Below are positions 42,500 to 53,900 of a DNA stretch of 64,000 nt, one piece after another. Positions within the stretch are counted from its first letter, which is position 1. Every line of letters begins with the position of its first letter. Origin of the DNA: Tubiluchus corallicola (Eukaryota; Animalia; Priapulida). The notes beneath the pieces are model-generated. The model had not been told where the DNA came from, did no database searches, and worked only from the letters and a program-made list of their open reading frames with translations. Location of the stretch: contig JAQGDQ010000058.1 in the NCBI GenBank assembly GCA_030141605.1, positions 95,852 to 159,851 of the forward strand, written 5' to 3'. A program made the position numbers and the translations under genes.

Positions 42500-43950
42500 A
42501 TGTATGTCATGATCAACATGGAAAACCATAATGCCTAAGTAAACTCCCGTAAAACGTAACATCAAGCCTTAGACCCGCTGGTTTTTCAAGTGAGCCCTTC
42601 GACATTGCAACCTCTCTAAAGACATATTAATTATACCTGTGTCATTGAATTTTGGTTCATATGCCTTGTTGCCCCCTGGAAAATTGTAGGACAACAACCG
42701 CCCACGTATGTTAAACGTTATGTTTATTGTGAATAAAAGATGACGCGACAGGGTAGTCAGATTTGTGGATGAGTTGGGAGGTAAAGAGTTGCACCCCCAC
42801 CATAAAAATCTACTAGCTCCCAACAGCCTCTTTGCAAGGTGTACAGTCAAATTTAGCTGAATGTGCAGGGAATCGATTTTAATTTTAATAACACTAGATC
42901 CCCATAGTTCAGAGCCATATCACATGATGGGTTCTGTAATATGTTCAGATGTTAATAATAGTAAGTGAGTTGGCACAGTCTGAGATCTATTTTCATACAG
43001 TAAATAATCCTTTGTTGTCTTTTAGTTTAATACAACTTTACATGAAAGCACCAGCTGTAAAGAATTTGACCCATAAGTATTTATAAGATTGGACTATTTA
43101 CAACTTGTCGGAACCATAGGTAAACTTTAGATCTTTTAGAATTCTTCCTGCGTAAAAAAACATTAATTTCTGTTTTTTAGTACTAAATTCAGGAGTACGA
43201 TCACATAATTACTGAGCTTATTAAAGCATTTCTGCAGTCCTGACCAGGAAGAAGAGAGCAAGACCACATTGTTGACATAGAGAAGACATTTGGTGCCAAA
43301 ATTACCAAGACCAACGGGATTGCATTAATTATGTGTAAAAACTGATGGCAAGTCATTGACATATAAGGAGAAGAGAACCGGATTTAACACACAGCCTTGC
43401 TTAACATCCATGGAGGATGGTATATCTTCTGTTAATCCACTGGCAAATATAATGGAGTACTGTTAGAGTACATATTTTGCAAAATCTAAAGAAAGTAACC
43501 ACATATTATTTTTCAACAATTTATCAATACGTGTTTTCAATGTAAACAAATGCTAATGGTACAACAATCTTTTTCAAATCCTATTTGTTAACTAGATTGT
43601 TGTTACACTCAAAAATTTTTCTAACCTATTATTTAGAATTTTTGCAAATAATTTGCTTAAACTGCTTGAAATGCAATTCATCTGTAATTATTTGGGTCTG
43701 TTGCATTTCTACTTTTGAATATTGGGGTAATGTAACTTTCCTTCCTCTGGCTAGGATAACAAAAACCAGAAAAAATCAGAATGAAGAATTTACGAGGACA
43801 CGGAACCATAACTTGGCTTGACGCTTTGAGCATTTCGTTCATTAAGCCATAGCTATCTGCAGTTTTGTTATCTTTTAACTATTTAACGGCTATCAAGATT
43901 TCCGTATCAGTTATTCTACAGCCAAGGTGAGAAAAAAGTGTCATTTTCTT
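42500..43950 (-). mobile_element. Decayed LINE reverse-transcriptase fragment in the last BANP intron
   Basis: DVKQGCVLNPVLFSLYVNDL (~43350-43410), CLLYVNNVVLLSSSWSGLQKCFNKL, YKYLWVKF, EPIM*YGSELWG. Confidence 0.85.
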
Positions 43951-44637
43951 TATGTACTCGCACAATTTTTTAGTTTTTATCCGATGACTGTCATTACGAT
44001 TACTGTGTAAAAAGCGTGCCAATTGCTAAACCTTACTAAAAACAGGAATCCTGCTATTCACATTTACAGATAATCATATGTGGTTAACTATAAGTTTACA
44101 TGATTATCAAAAATAAGACTTGTAATAATACACCTTCCAAATTTTTTACTGTGATGTGCACCTCGAAGTTTTCATCGGTAAAGGTCAAAGAAAATGAAGT
44201 TTGAGCTGAGAATTCGTAAAAACTAAACACATGTCAAAGCTGGTATCTGGTAGGTTTATGTAAACCTGCTACAGATAGAAATCATAGTATAATGTGTGTC
44301 CACTAGATACGAAATCAATAGAAATAGTAGTGCGGTCTGGGTACAATGTTCAACATGCAGTTATAATAACTTATCGATATTCTCTAAGAAGCTCTAAACT
44401 AAACTGATATCTCAGGCGATTAAGGATGGTTTTTACTTTTGAATAGACTAGGGTAACACAATTGTCACCACAATCTTAGTCAATAAAATAAACATGGATA
44501 TGCAAAAAATATAATACTCAAAAGCCACAACCTCATCAGTGAATCTTCACTGAAATAAAATGAAGTCAGTCATGCAGTAGTAATCTGGGTACATTAAAAA
44601 TGAAATAAACATAACAGTAACTCACATTTGTACTCAC

Positions 44638-44694
44638 AACCTGCTGTTCTCCTAATGGGAACTGACAAAGGTCTTCTTCTGTTGCTTGAATAAC
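44638..44694 (-). CDS. BANP: BANP coding exon 10 (VIQATEEDLCQFPLGEQQV)
   Basis: Acceptor aaatacag (weak pyrimidine tract), donor |gtgagt. 57 nt, phase 0->0. An alternative in-frame donor would end the exon at 44626. Confidence 0.7.
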
Positions 44695-45950
44695 CTGTAT
44701 TTATTGTGCAAAAAACTTTACCAAAGTTAAGTGCAGGAAAACAATGGCTAGACTATGTAAGTTTGATAAATACATTATAATTTAAAGTTCGTTTTCATGC
44801 TCCTATTGTATCATCCATATGTAGGGGGTGACTCATAAAAAACTTTGCTTATTTCAAATCCCAATACCTTTGAAAGTCTGAATTTTTTAGAAAAAAGATA
44901 AAGTTTTAGACATACCCACAAAGCTACAGTCTGCACTTGCTGCCATTTTCAAATAGTTAGAATCTGTTAGATTCTGATTTATAGTTACATTGAAAAGACA
45001 CAAAAATAATGTGACGGGTTGTACTTATGTGTCTTTGTACTTTGTTTTAAGAACTAAGAGCGCCTTTACTAGAAGGCATAGTTGCCATAATGAGACCGAT
45101 ATACAAGGAGATTACCAAATAATGTATCTCTGCATTGAAGCACATTGTAATTTTTCACTTAAAAAAGCAGTTGAAGTCATATAGAGTGTCATCGGAGTTC
45201 AATGTTTTGATTTTGATGTTTGCACTATTCATAAATAATATACATGCACCAATGTGTGCCAAATCTTAATGGCATAATGACTGAATTGTTGAAGCTACTG
45301 GAATTAGAAAATGTTTTGTCTTGGGCTACCTAACATGTTCTTTGAACTTTTGTACCTATCAAGTTATCAGTATCTCTAACAATTCATTTAAATAATTCTT
45401 AAATTCAGCAAAGTTGAATTACGGAAATAAAGAAGTGTCTGTGAATGGAAGAACATTCAAACCAAAGTTTGACAAGAAATACTGCAAAAGAAACAGAAAA
45501 GATATGAATCTTCTATCTATTATTTCAGGTCATAATTTAAGGTTATATTAGTATTTTACTGTTGGTATCTAAATTAAAACCACATTATTATGACAATGTT
45601 AAAGATTAATGCCTAATTTAACTGGCCTAGGTTACCAGTTTGGTTTTTACTTAAAAACCGTATCTCAATTTGCTTATTTCACTTTGAAATTATTACAGAT
45701 ATTTCACAAAACATTAGAAATTTACAATAAAAATGTGATCAGGGATATGGCGAAGAGGGATGTGCCATAACAGAGCAATTCACCAGTCTGCAGTTAGTTT
45801 ACTTTTAGGGGTGAGGGTGTAATATTAAATGCATTATAATGCGTAAGTTAGAATGAAAACCGTTTTCCGGCGGGTCATTGATTTGTTACTTTTCTATAGT
45901 TTGGTTTAAATGTTACATAAATCAAGTTGAATTATGATTTATTTTCACTT

Positions 45951-46240
45951 AACTTAGCTTAACTTAACTTAACTTAACTTAACTTAACTTAACTTAACTT
46001 AACTTAACTTAACTTAACTTAACTTAACTTAACTTAACTTAACTGAACTGAACTGAACTGAACTGAACTGAACTGAACTGAACTGAACTGAACTGAACTG
46101 AACTGAACTGAACTGAACTGAACTGAACTGAACTGAACTGAACTGAACTTAACTTAACTTAACTTAACTTAACTTAACTTAACTTAACTTAACTTAACTT
46201 AACTTAACTTAACTTAACTTAACTTAACTTAACTTAACTG
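45951..46240 (+). repeat. (AACTT)18(AACTG)21(AACTT)18 compound pentanucleotide array in a BANP intron
   Basis: Counted from the sequence; one AGCTT variant in the left block and one trailing AACTG. Confidence 0.97.
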
Positions 46241-46434
46241 TTTTCACTTATTTCCATGTTACCATTACCAATATTAAAGCATATGAAATTAAGATACGTT
46301 TGCTGAAAGCCAATTTTTATCAGATCGGCATATTCCTGGATGTGAGTAGATACAAGGGTGCTAGCAATTACAATATTATATTCAACAAAATTTACGAATT
46401 AATTTTTTTAATAAAACTCCTTTGTCTAGCATAC

Positions 46435-46526
46435 CTGAACATCACCAGATGATAGTTCAGCTAGAAAGGCACTTTCGTCATTAACACCTGTAAATTGCAC
46501 CACGTAATCGCCTTGCGCATTATCCT
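46435..46526 (-). CDS. BANP: BANP coding exon 9 (EDNAQGDYVVQFTGVNDESAFLAELSSGDVQ)
   Basis: Acceptor ttcctttttcag, donor CAG|gtatgc. 92 nt, phase 1->0. Confidence 0.88.
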
Positions 46527-47224
46527 CTGAAAAAGGAAAAAAGCAATAAAATATTACATTCGATCAACATCACTTACGTCTCACAGTATAGAATCTTGAA
46601 TTACTTAACTTGCAAAGCAACTGACACAGTGTAAAGCATCAAGCATTGTCATGAATGCAAGTCTTGAGACAACGGATTAATATACTGTGGTATACCCAAG
46701 AGTTCATTGGAGTTCCACAAACATAGTCACATTAGTCACTTCAATAATGTTTACCTGATCAAGAGGAAAGACAATATCATTCATCTTAAGGTGGGATAAT
46801 AGACAAGTCTGTCATACTGCCCTTGTCCCCAACAGTATCAACCTAACAGTAAATCAAGTTTGACTGGCTAGATATCAATACATCAAGTTGCTTTAGTTAT
46901 AATGTAAAGAATTTCCCCAGTATCAACTGTCGACTTTTCATTTGGGGAGAATACTTACCACTTTGAATTCTGTGAACATAAGTAGGCTAACTGTGTTTTC
47001 TGTTGTTTTTTTGGAATATGATACAACAACCATCTTTTATAAAATTTCCCAGCCAAAAGGGCAAAATGACGCAGGATAACTAAAAACTTAATAATAGCAG
47101 GGAAGTGGCAACTGGCACAAGGACAGTATTCATACAATCAAGAGTTCTATTGCCTATCTGTCAGGGGGCCATAGCAAAGATATTAATCAGCACTTATATC
47201 AGTACAGGGTCAAACGATATTTAC

Positions 47225-47422
47225 CCAGTGAGGGATCCGAATAAACTAGTGTTCTTCCATAGACGTACTGCGGTTGCATCTGGTGTTGTGGAAGCTCTCG
47301 TATTCCAATGAGTGGCATGCCCCGTTCTTTTCGCCGATGTTGAGTTCTACACTTGGAATCGATGTTTAACTTGATCCTGTGCCAAGTCACATCATCTATG
47401 CCAAACTTGTAAATGAGATGGC
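47225..47422 (-). CDS. BANP: BANP coding exon 8, BEN domain C-half (CHLIYKFGIDDVTWHRIKLNIDSKCRTQHRRKERG...)
   Basis: Acceptor ttttgcatacag, donor G|gtaaat. 198 nt, phase 1->1. Matches recalled CHLFYKFGITESDWYRIKQSIDSKCRTAWRRKQRG. Confidence 0.95.
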
Positions 47423-48064
47423 CTGTATGCAAAATAGCAAAGTATGATAACTCACATTTTGGTCAACACTGTGTCTTGTATAATTTACACAAGACTTTCA
47501 AGACTTTGTCAACAGTCCTGCAGGGTTCTAATTGGCTATGATTTAAGGATCACAGGCACCGATAACTAAAGCATTTGGCTAAATAGTGCATAGGTAAACA
47601 GGGAAGTTCTCTGTGAGACCAGATGTTCTGGACATCTGTTCCAAGAACAATTTTAGACTAGTCTCTAATCATTTTAATTTAGATAGAACTGTCTTTTCAA
47701 CATGAGCTATCAAAAAGAAGCATTAGGTTGCAGCATAGAGACTAACAACACAGCAATACAAATTCCGTTAAATAGCGAATGAAATTGCAGATTTTTTTTA
47801 AAAAAATTAATAGTGTAATGCATCAGTTATTTTCTGGTTGTAGTATGAGCCCAGTAGCGCAACGTGTAATTATTGCATGCTGGAAATCACTGCACCATGC
47901 CATTTGCATTGTGCAAACTTTTTGTAGTTTGACATAATATAACATAACAGAATGCAATATGATGTAAACAATATGGCATGTTGCATAAATTTTTCTAAAA
48001 TAATGCAATCTTACTTAACAATTAACAATACGTACACTTTACTTTCAAAAATGTAATTGCTTAC

Positions 48065-48228
48065 ATTGAATTCCATATATGCGTAATGGATCCAAGCGGC
48101 TTTTGCCATGCCGACCACGACCATTAATGTTTGACGTTGCTTGGACACTTCGATCAAACAGGTGATCTAGTAACGTCAACGCCATTTTCTCTGGCGTTTT
48201 GCAGATGTTATTAATATGTGACAGCTCT
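48065..48228 (-). CDS. BANP: BANP coding exon 7, BEN domain N-half (ELSHINNICKTPEKMALTLLDHLFDRSVQATSNINGRGRHGKSRLDPLRIYGIQ)
   Basis: Acceptor ttttgtgtgtag, donor T|gtaagc. 164 nt. Matches recalled BANP CRTAEKMALTLLDYLFHREVQAVSNLSGQGKHGKKQLDPLTIYGIR. Confidence 0.96.
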
Positions 48229-48667
48229 CTACACACAAAAGCACTAAATTAACATACAAACAAGTGATGTTTTGTCACACTGCAGTAAATCTTTAAAGTA
48301 AAATTTTAAAGCAAGTTTGATGCCAAAAACCGGCTAAAAGAAAAAAGCAAACAAATCACAATGTATAAATAAAATTTCAAAAGTTTTAATTCACTTTGTC
48401 ACATATGACTGGGAATTACGATTTAAAAGATGACACTTGAGCAAATGCATTACTAGTTTTTTATGATTCTAGATCACTTCATACATTAACAACATCACAA
48501 AAGAAATTGTTCCATATACGTTTCTGTATCAGGTAAAGCATCACAACGCCAGTATCTGTTTTTGTGCATCTCACAATGTGGTGCTATCAGGGTATATTAG
48601 TTTCGAGAATTTATTCATTATCACTTCAGAGAGTGTACTATTCGAAATGAAATAAAAAACCTCATAC

Positions 48668-48743
48668 TTTGGTGTGATCTTACAACGGATACGCATTTGT
48701 TGATTGTCAGGATCTCCTAACCATGAACCATCTGGATATTCAG
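48668..48743 (-). CDS. BANP: BANP coding exon 6 (AEYPDGSWLGDPDNQQMRIRCKITP)
   Basis: Acceptor tttttgttgtag, donor AA|gtatga. 76 nt. Matches recalled BANP DYPNGTWLGDENNPEMRVRC. Confidence 0.95.
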
Positions 48744-49175
48744 CTACAACAAAAAAATGAAGTCTTCAAAATTACTCACACTGCCAAAGGAAATGAAACA
48801 TATAAATAAATTCTTGTATATTAGCAAAAATATATGAATGGTAGCAATAATAGCAAATATAAATGATACTGGAAAATGGTAAAACACACAGAAAAGAAAA
48901 ATTGGCATAAAACTTAGATATTAGAAACATTACCAAATTTATAAAAATAAAGCATATGAATTAAATTACTTACCGATAAATTAACTTACCAAAAGTTGTA
49001 GCAAAGTAATAAATAGCAGATCACGATAAATGACATATTATGACTATTTGCTTCATTTGCTTCAATTATTAGAGTTGTAAACAAACGAGAAGTCACGTTA
49101 AGAAACATGCTAATCAATTAACATGTTTTTATTGTTTGATACTTGGCAGAAAGGCATCAATGAAGCAAAGCATAC

Positions 49176-49259
49176 CTTCTGTATTTAATGTTATGAGAGT
49201 GATTCCTGAGGAACCTACATGACTGTTCACTTGTCTTGAATGATCCACAGATGCTTTGT
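49176..49259 (-). CDS. BANP: BANP coding exon 5 (DKASVDHSRQVNSHVGSSGITLITLNTE)
   Basis: Acceptor cttctttcag, donor AAG|gtatgc. 84 nt, phase 1->1. ITLITLNTE matches the BANP motif TLITLNSE. Confidence 0.9.
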
Positions 49260-49724
49260 CTGAAAGAAGTAACAACGACAAGCATATAATGAGGTACGCT
49301 ATAGAGGTGGAACATCATTTTACTTTAAATTACAGGTCTTAAAATCTAGCTGAAATTGATTTTTCTTACTTTTTACCAATAATAGGACAAGACAAGTGCA
49401 ACGCATTCTAATAATGTGCATTAGAACACACCTAATAATGTGCTCGGACACGTTGTCAGAGCTAGTGAGTTTAAAACTCAGCCAGAACCAGCAGTGCATA
49501 GGCAATGTTTTCTTGACTGATTATTTGAACACATTGGAAAACACATTCTTACAAATTTCATCTCAACACTGGTGTACATTAAGTAAAAACCTGTCAATAC
49601 AGTTTGTACAAAGCTTGTTCTGCAAGCAAGTCAGCAATGATGATGTACCGACCCAGCATAAGAAATTGACAGAAGCTATGAAATTAGGAATGAAGAAGAT
49701 AATTAGGAAACCTTAAATAATTAC

Positions 49725-49816
49725 CTCTATCTTGTTTATTTGGTATTTCAAGGATGTAAGACTCGGTTGGAGAATCTGCTGTCCTTTCTGTCTCAGGCCC
49801 TTTCTCTTGTGACTTG
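49725..49816 (-). CDS. BANP: BANP coding exon 4 (SKSQEKGPETERTADSPTESYILEIPNKQDR)
   Basis: Acceptor tttattttag, donor GAG|gtaatt. 92 nt, phase 2->1, open frame. Confidence 0.8.
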
Positions 49817-51064
49817 CTAAAATAAATATCCCGATATTAAAATACGCGATAAAGGAAACAGTAGTTACAAAAATAATGTGTCACTGATTTGCAGTGCAAA
49901 TACAAGTCTGCAGTTACAAACTCACTTATACATATGGCAGGCAAAACACAGAAGCATTAGATGCCTACCTTTTCAATGTACAATAGTACATTGAATTTTT
50001 ATTACACCAATTTACTCCACGCTGTTAATTATAATTACTATTCTATGGAGCCTAACAACAATTAAATAATAAAATCAAGAATAGTAATTTAACTGATTCA
50101 TATAACACAGCAAACAAACATTTTTGCTTTTCTGCTTCACACATAGTAATAATAATTCCTATTCATAAAGGCAACAAGAAAAAAATGGTATACAAATTTT
50201 TGACACGGTGTTGTATTCCCGAAAAACTGAAAGCAACCGAAAGTCTTAACAAATATTGGCGTATTCGTGTGCATTTTTCCAACAAAATTGTATTGCATTG
50301 CTATCATTATATCTGTTAATACAGGTCATAAGCAGGTGATTTATTTTAATTTTTTTAAGATAACATGCACATATAAAAAAGAGCAACCAACCGAGTAGGA
50401 TAGGCAAAAACAGATGAGTGAATAAACATCACTACCCACATATCTTTTTGATTACATGTAAATTATGTTTTATGACATTAATAAAAGAACACCAAAACAT
50501 TCCAAGAAACATTCAATGATACTAGGTTGTATTCTTAGTATTAAACTTAAGTGCATTTGCCAAGTACCTGTGTTACATTATTAAAATGTAAACACATGTT
50601 ACAATTCGCAATTGTGATTTTCCAAATAGTTCTGCTTATTTTAAATCTCGCAGTCATGTAATTAATCTAACTAAGTTTTTGGGTTACAATCATTTACTTT
50701 TACTTAGTTTTAATGACAATTTCAATGGAAGGTAATACAAGTGATGCAAATGCAAACATTTCAATATATCTAATGCAACAGCGACACTAATTTGGTCTCT
50801 GAAGTTAAGCAGTGTTGACTCCAGCTAGCAAATGGAAATATAACTAGAAGAAAAGTGCTTCTACGCAGTTCCGTCTGTCATACATCTAGACTTTGGATCA
50901 GTGTCTCATCTTATAGGATTATCCTCGATAATGAGCTAAAGTATGAACACACCACAGCCTTGCAACATTGGCAGTAGCACAGGTCTGCCACTGAATGCTA
51001 AACAGCCTAAATTATAATGTGGCACAGAATAGAATAAAAAAGGAGCAACATTTAACCTGCTCAC

Positions 51065-51237
51065 CTTGAACACTCGTCTACATTCTTCTTTAGTGCACTT
51101 TCTTCATTCTTAAGCAATTGTATGTATTCAGCGAGTTTATTTTCTGCAAACTTATAGTGTATTTCAATATCCGTCAGTTTTTCTTCAATCACATCAAGTC
51201 TATCACAGATATGCTTATTCAACTTGTAAAGCGCATA
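51065..51237 (-). CDS. BANP: BANP coding exon 3, coiled coil (YALYKLNKHICDRLDVIEEKLTDIE...)
   Basis: Acceptor tttctgtgcag, donor AAG|gtgagc. 173 nt, phase 0->2. The N..IC.RLD.IE.KL pattern resembles the vertebrate BANP N-terminal coiled coil. Confidence 0.9.
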
Positions 51238-51677
51238 CTGCACAGAAATTATAAAAAAACATGCATAAGCATTTACACACAAACAAGAAATCAAAAGAAA
51301 TGCTCAAATACTTAAAAAATCCATTGAATATATAAGTAGTAAAAGCTTAACACGAATTGTTGTGCTAGTATCGTCAAGTTAATGAGAGAGTAGAATACAA
51401 AAACGCTTGATGGATAAAGTCTTTCACATAATAGAGATAACTGCAAAGAGACAAATAATAAATGTTCAAAACATTCATTGTTTACTATGAAAAATACTAT
51501 CTATGATGCATGTGGTTATCAAAATTTTTAGCAGTGTTGCTCACATTATTTCATTTGCCATCAATTCTGTCTCTCTCTCTCTCTCTCCAAATAAAATTAA
51601 ATCTCTTTTTTTGCTCTCTTTCTTTCTTCAGCCTTACATAACATTAGTGCATATACATTGCATCATGCACAACTTAC

Positions 51678-51745
51678 CTTAAGCGTCCAACTTGACATTT
51701 CTGTGCAGATTTCAGTTTTCATTTTCTTCGAAGGTGGACTCATCT
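51678..51745 (-). CDS. BANP: BANP coding exon 2 (EMSPPSKKMKTEICTEMSSWTLK)
   Basis: Acceptor tttttcttatag, donor AAG|gtaagt. 68 nt, phase 1->0. NLS-like PPSKKMK. Confidence 0.85.
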
Positions 51746-52273
51746 CTATAAGAAAAATACAGGCCACGTTGAGTAACAAAGCTAAAATATTTAATGTAGT
51801 TTCATGCTATTACTATCAGATGAATTTTTCACTAATCATAAGAACCTATAAGTACTTCAACTTAGCACTCAGAATATGCTTTTGATTGCCACCACTTTAA
51901 ACCTTAAATAGTGTTGCTGTAATGATTTTTTGTAAAATCTAATACCATGTATGGTACAAATAAAGAACAATTTAATAAGTAAACCCACCACATGTATTTC
52001 AATTCGTCAATATTCTTTTTAGTTTTGCAAAATGAGAAAATTATACGTAAATGACAAAGTTAAGAAATAAACAATCAAGATTTCTTTCATAAAATGTGAT
52101 AAACAAGGACATGATCCTTTTCGTGGTAAACCATTATTTTGTCAATCATGGTGCTTTCTCATTTTCAGATTTCAGAATTTCTTACTTAGTATTATCTCCA
52201 TCAAACACTACACGAGAGTTCCTTCTGATAGTCAACTTATGAGGCTGTTAAAACTTTCAGTCACTCCACGTAC

Positions 52274-52382
52274 CTGTACGATTAATGTTAAAAATTAATA
52301 TGTTTGGGGCATTTGTAGTCACGTCTGCTAAAGTTCCAAGCTCGTTAACGACTTCACGTTCAGTTTCATCTGGCAATTCCAT
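52274..52382 (-). CDS. BANP: BANP/SMAR1 orthologue, coding exon 1 (MELPDETEREVVNELGTLADVTTNAPNILIFNINRT)
   Basis: ATG at 52382 has an in-frame TGA two codons upstream. Donor ACAG|gtacgt. 109 nt, phase 1 matches the next exon. Confidence 0.75.
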
Positions 52383-53149
52383 ATGTCACTAAAAGATACC
52401 CAATCATAGGCCTAAAATAAACAAATCAGAAATTATAATGGTAATTTTCAGAAAAATGCGACTAGTAAACAATAATTAATTTACAGTGCAATTACAATAA
52501 TGGCATGCAGTGAGTGACGACTACTCTATTGGTGACTATGCAACAAACACTTCAACATCTTGTGCAATTTGATCATTTTAAACTCTTATTTTCATAATGC
52601 AGAAGGCACAGCAGTTCCTTCCATTAATGCGATAAATTTATATAAATGTTCAGGTATTTTCTTTTATTAAATAGGATATAACATCCAAGCTTATATAAGT
52701 AGTTCTAAGCTCTAGCTTATTAGGGCCTACTATTATGATGCCCGTGTAGCCTCAAACAAGTCTAGTATTAGATCTCTTATATCAAGTACAGTATATAATC
52801 TCAGCAACACAATTACAAATTTTCTGTAGCTAATATACTTCCTATATAAAAAACTGTTAAAGCAACACTGAAGGCAAAATGTGATTGGATGTGAAAATGC
52901 AGTTTAGACATTGCTGATAACCACATCATATTTATAAACTGGCAAGTAGTTTTGTACCGGCAAAAAACAACAAAATAGCTGTATTAGTGTTGATGTGATG
53001 TCAGTGGTATCTCTTACCTGTTTAACAATGCACACAATGTACGCAATAAAACAAAATCCTACTGTATCAGAATTTTTTTCTCTAAATTTGAACAAATTAC
53101 ACCAGACTACAAATCAAAAATGGCAAAAAATAATCTTGGAATATGTGAA

Positions 53150-53900
53150 ATAAGGAGGCAATCAATTTACTTGTTAAACTGTAGCTGTATGGAAACAAAC
53201 TATGAGACCTGTAGAAGATGAGATAAATATATTCTGTCCGACAGTAATCGTATATCACTAATTTCATTTGGCTATAGGTGCAAATTAAGAAGATGTTGTA
53301 TTGTTGTGCAAGAAGGTGTCCCATTACGCCGTATGAACAATACTGTGCCGAGTACTCTCCCATATGAAATCTGTTATTTAAAAGTAAGTAATCTGTTTGG
53401 TCAAATTTCACAAAAACTACATTTGCTTAGAAGTAGAATTACTGAGCAGTTTTCGAACCATTTTGCATGGAAAATAATTGTTTTAGTTTTACTTTGCCTT
53501 TGCCTTTTCCATATTTACCAATGTGAATTGGAAGTTTGCTATGTAGTACTCCGATTTTAGCATTGAAATCTCCGCAGATTATCAAAATATGACTTTTTGG
53601 TACAGTATTTATATAGTTACCAAGCTCACCATAGAAATTTTCTCTTACTTTCGGATCTTTTTCACTGGCTATTAATGTTGGAGAATAGACATTCAAAAGT
53701 GTGAATTTCTTCTTGCCAACTGTTGTCTTTAGTGCAATTATTCTGGAACTTATAATATCAAACGTACACGGGAAATCAAAGAATGCGTGCAATGCCACTA
53801 AATTCAATAAGCGAAATCTTCGCTTCCATATGCGTGGAATAGCAAAGATTTCTTATTTTGCTATTAGTGATCTAGCAGAAGTTCATGTATAGCAAAAACA
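53150..53900 (-). mobile_element. RTE-clade LINE endonuclease fragment
   Basis: ORF 53439-53807 reads SSRII...LLNVYSPT...ENFYGEL...VPKSHILIICGDFNAKIG...IGKYGKG. Confidence 0.85.

Noticed and set aside
51065-51745. Initial reading as an ATF7IP- or TRIM-type coiled coil
   Set aside because: The downstream in-phase exons encode an unambiguous BANP BEN domain.
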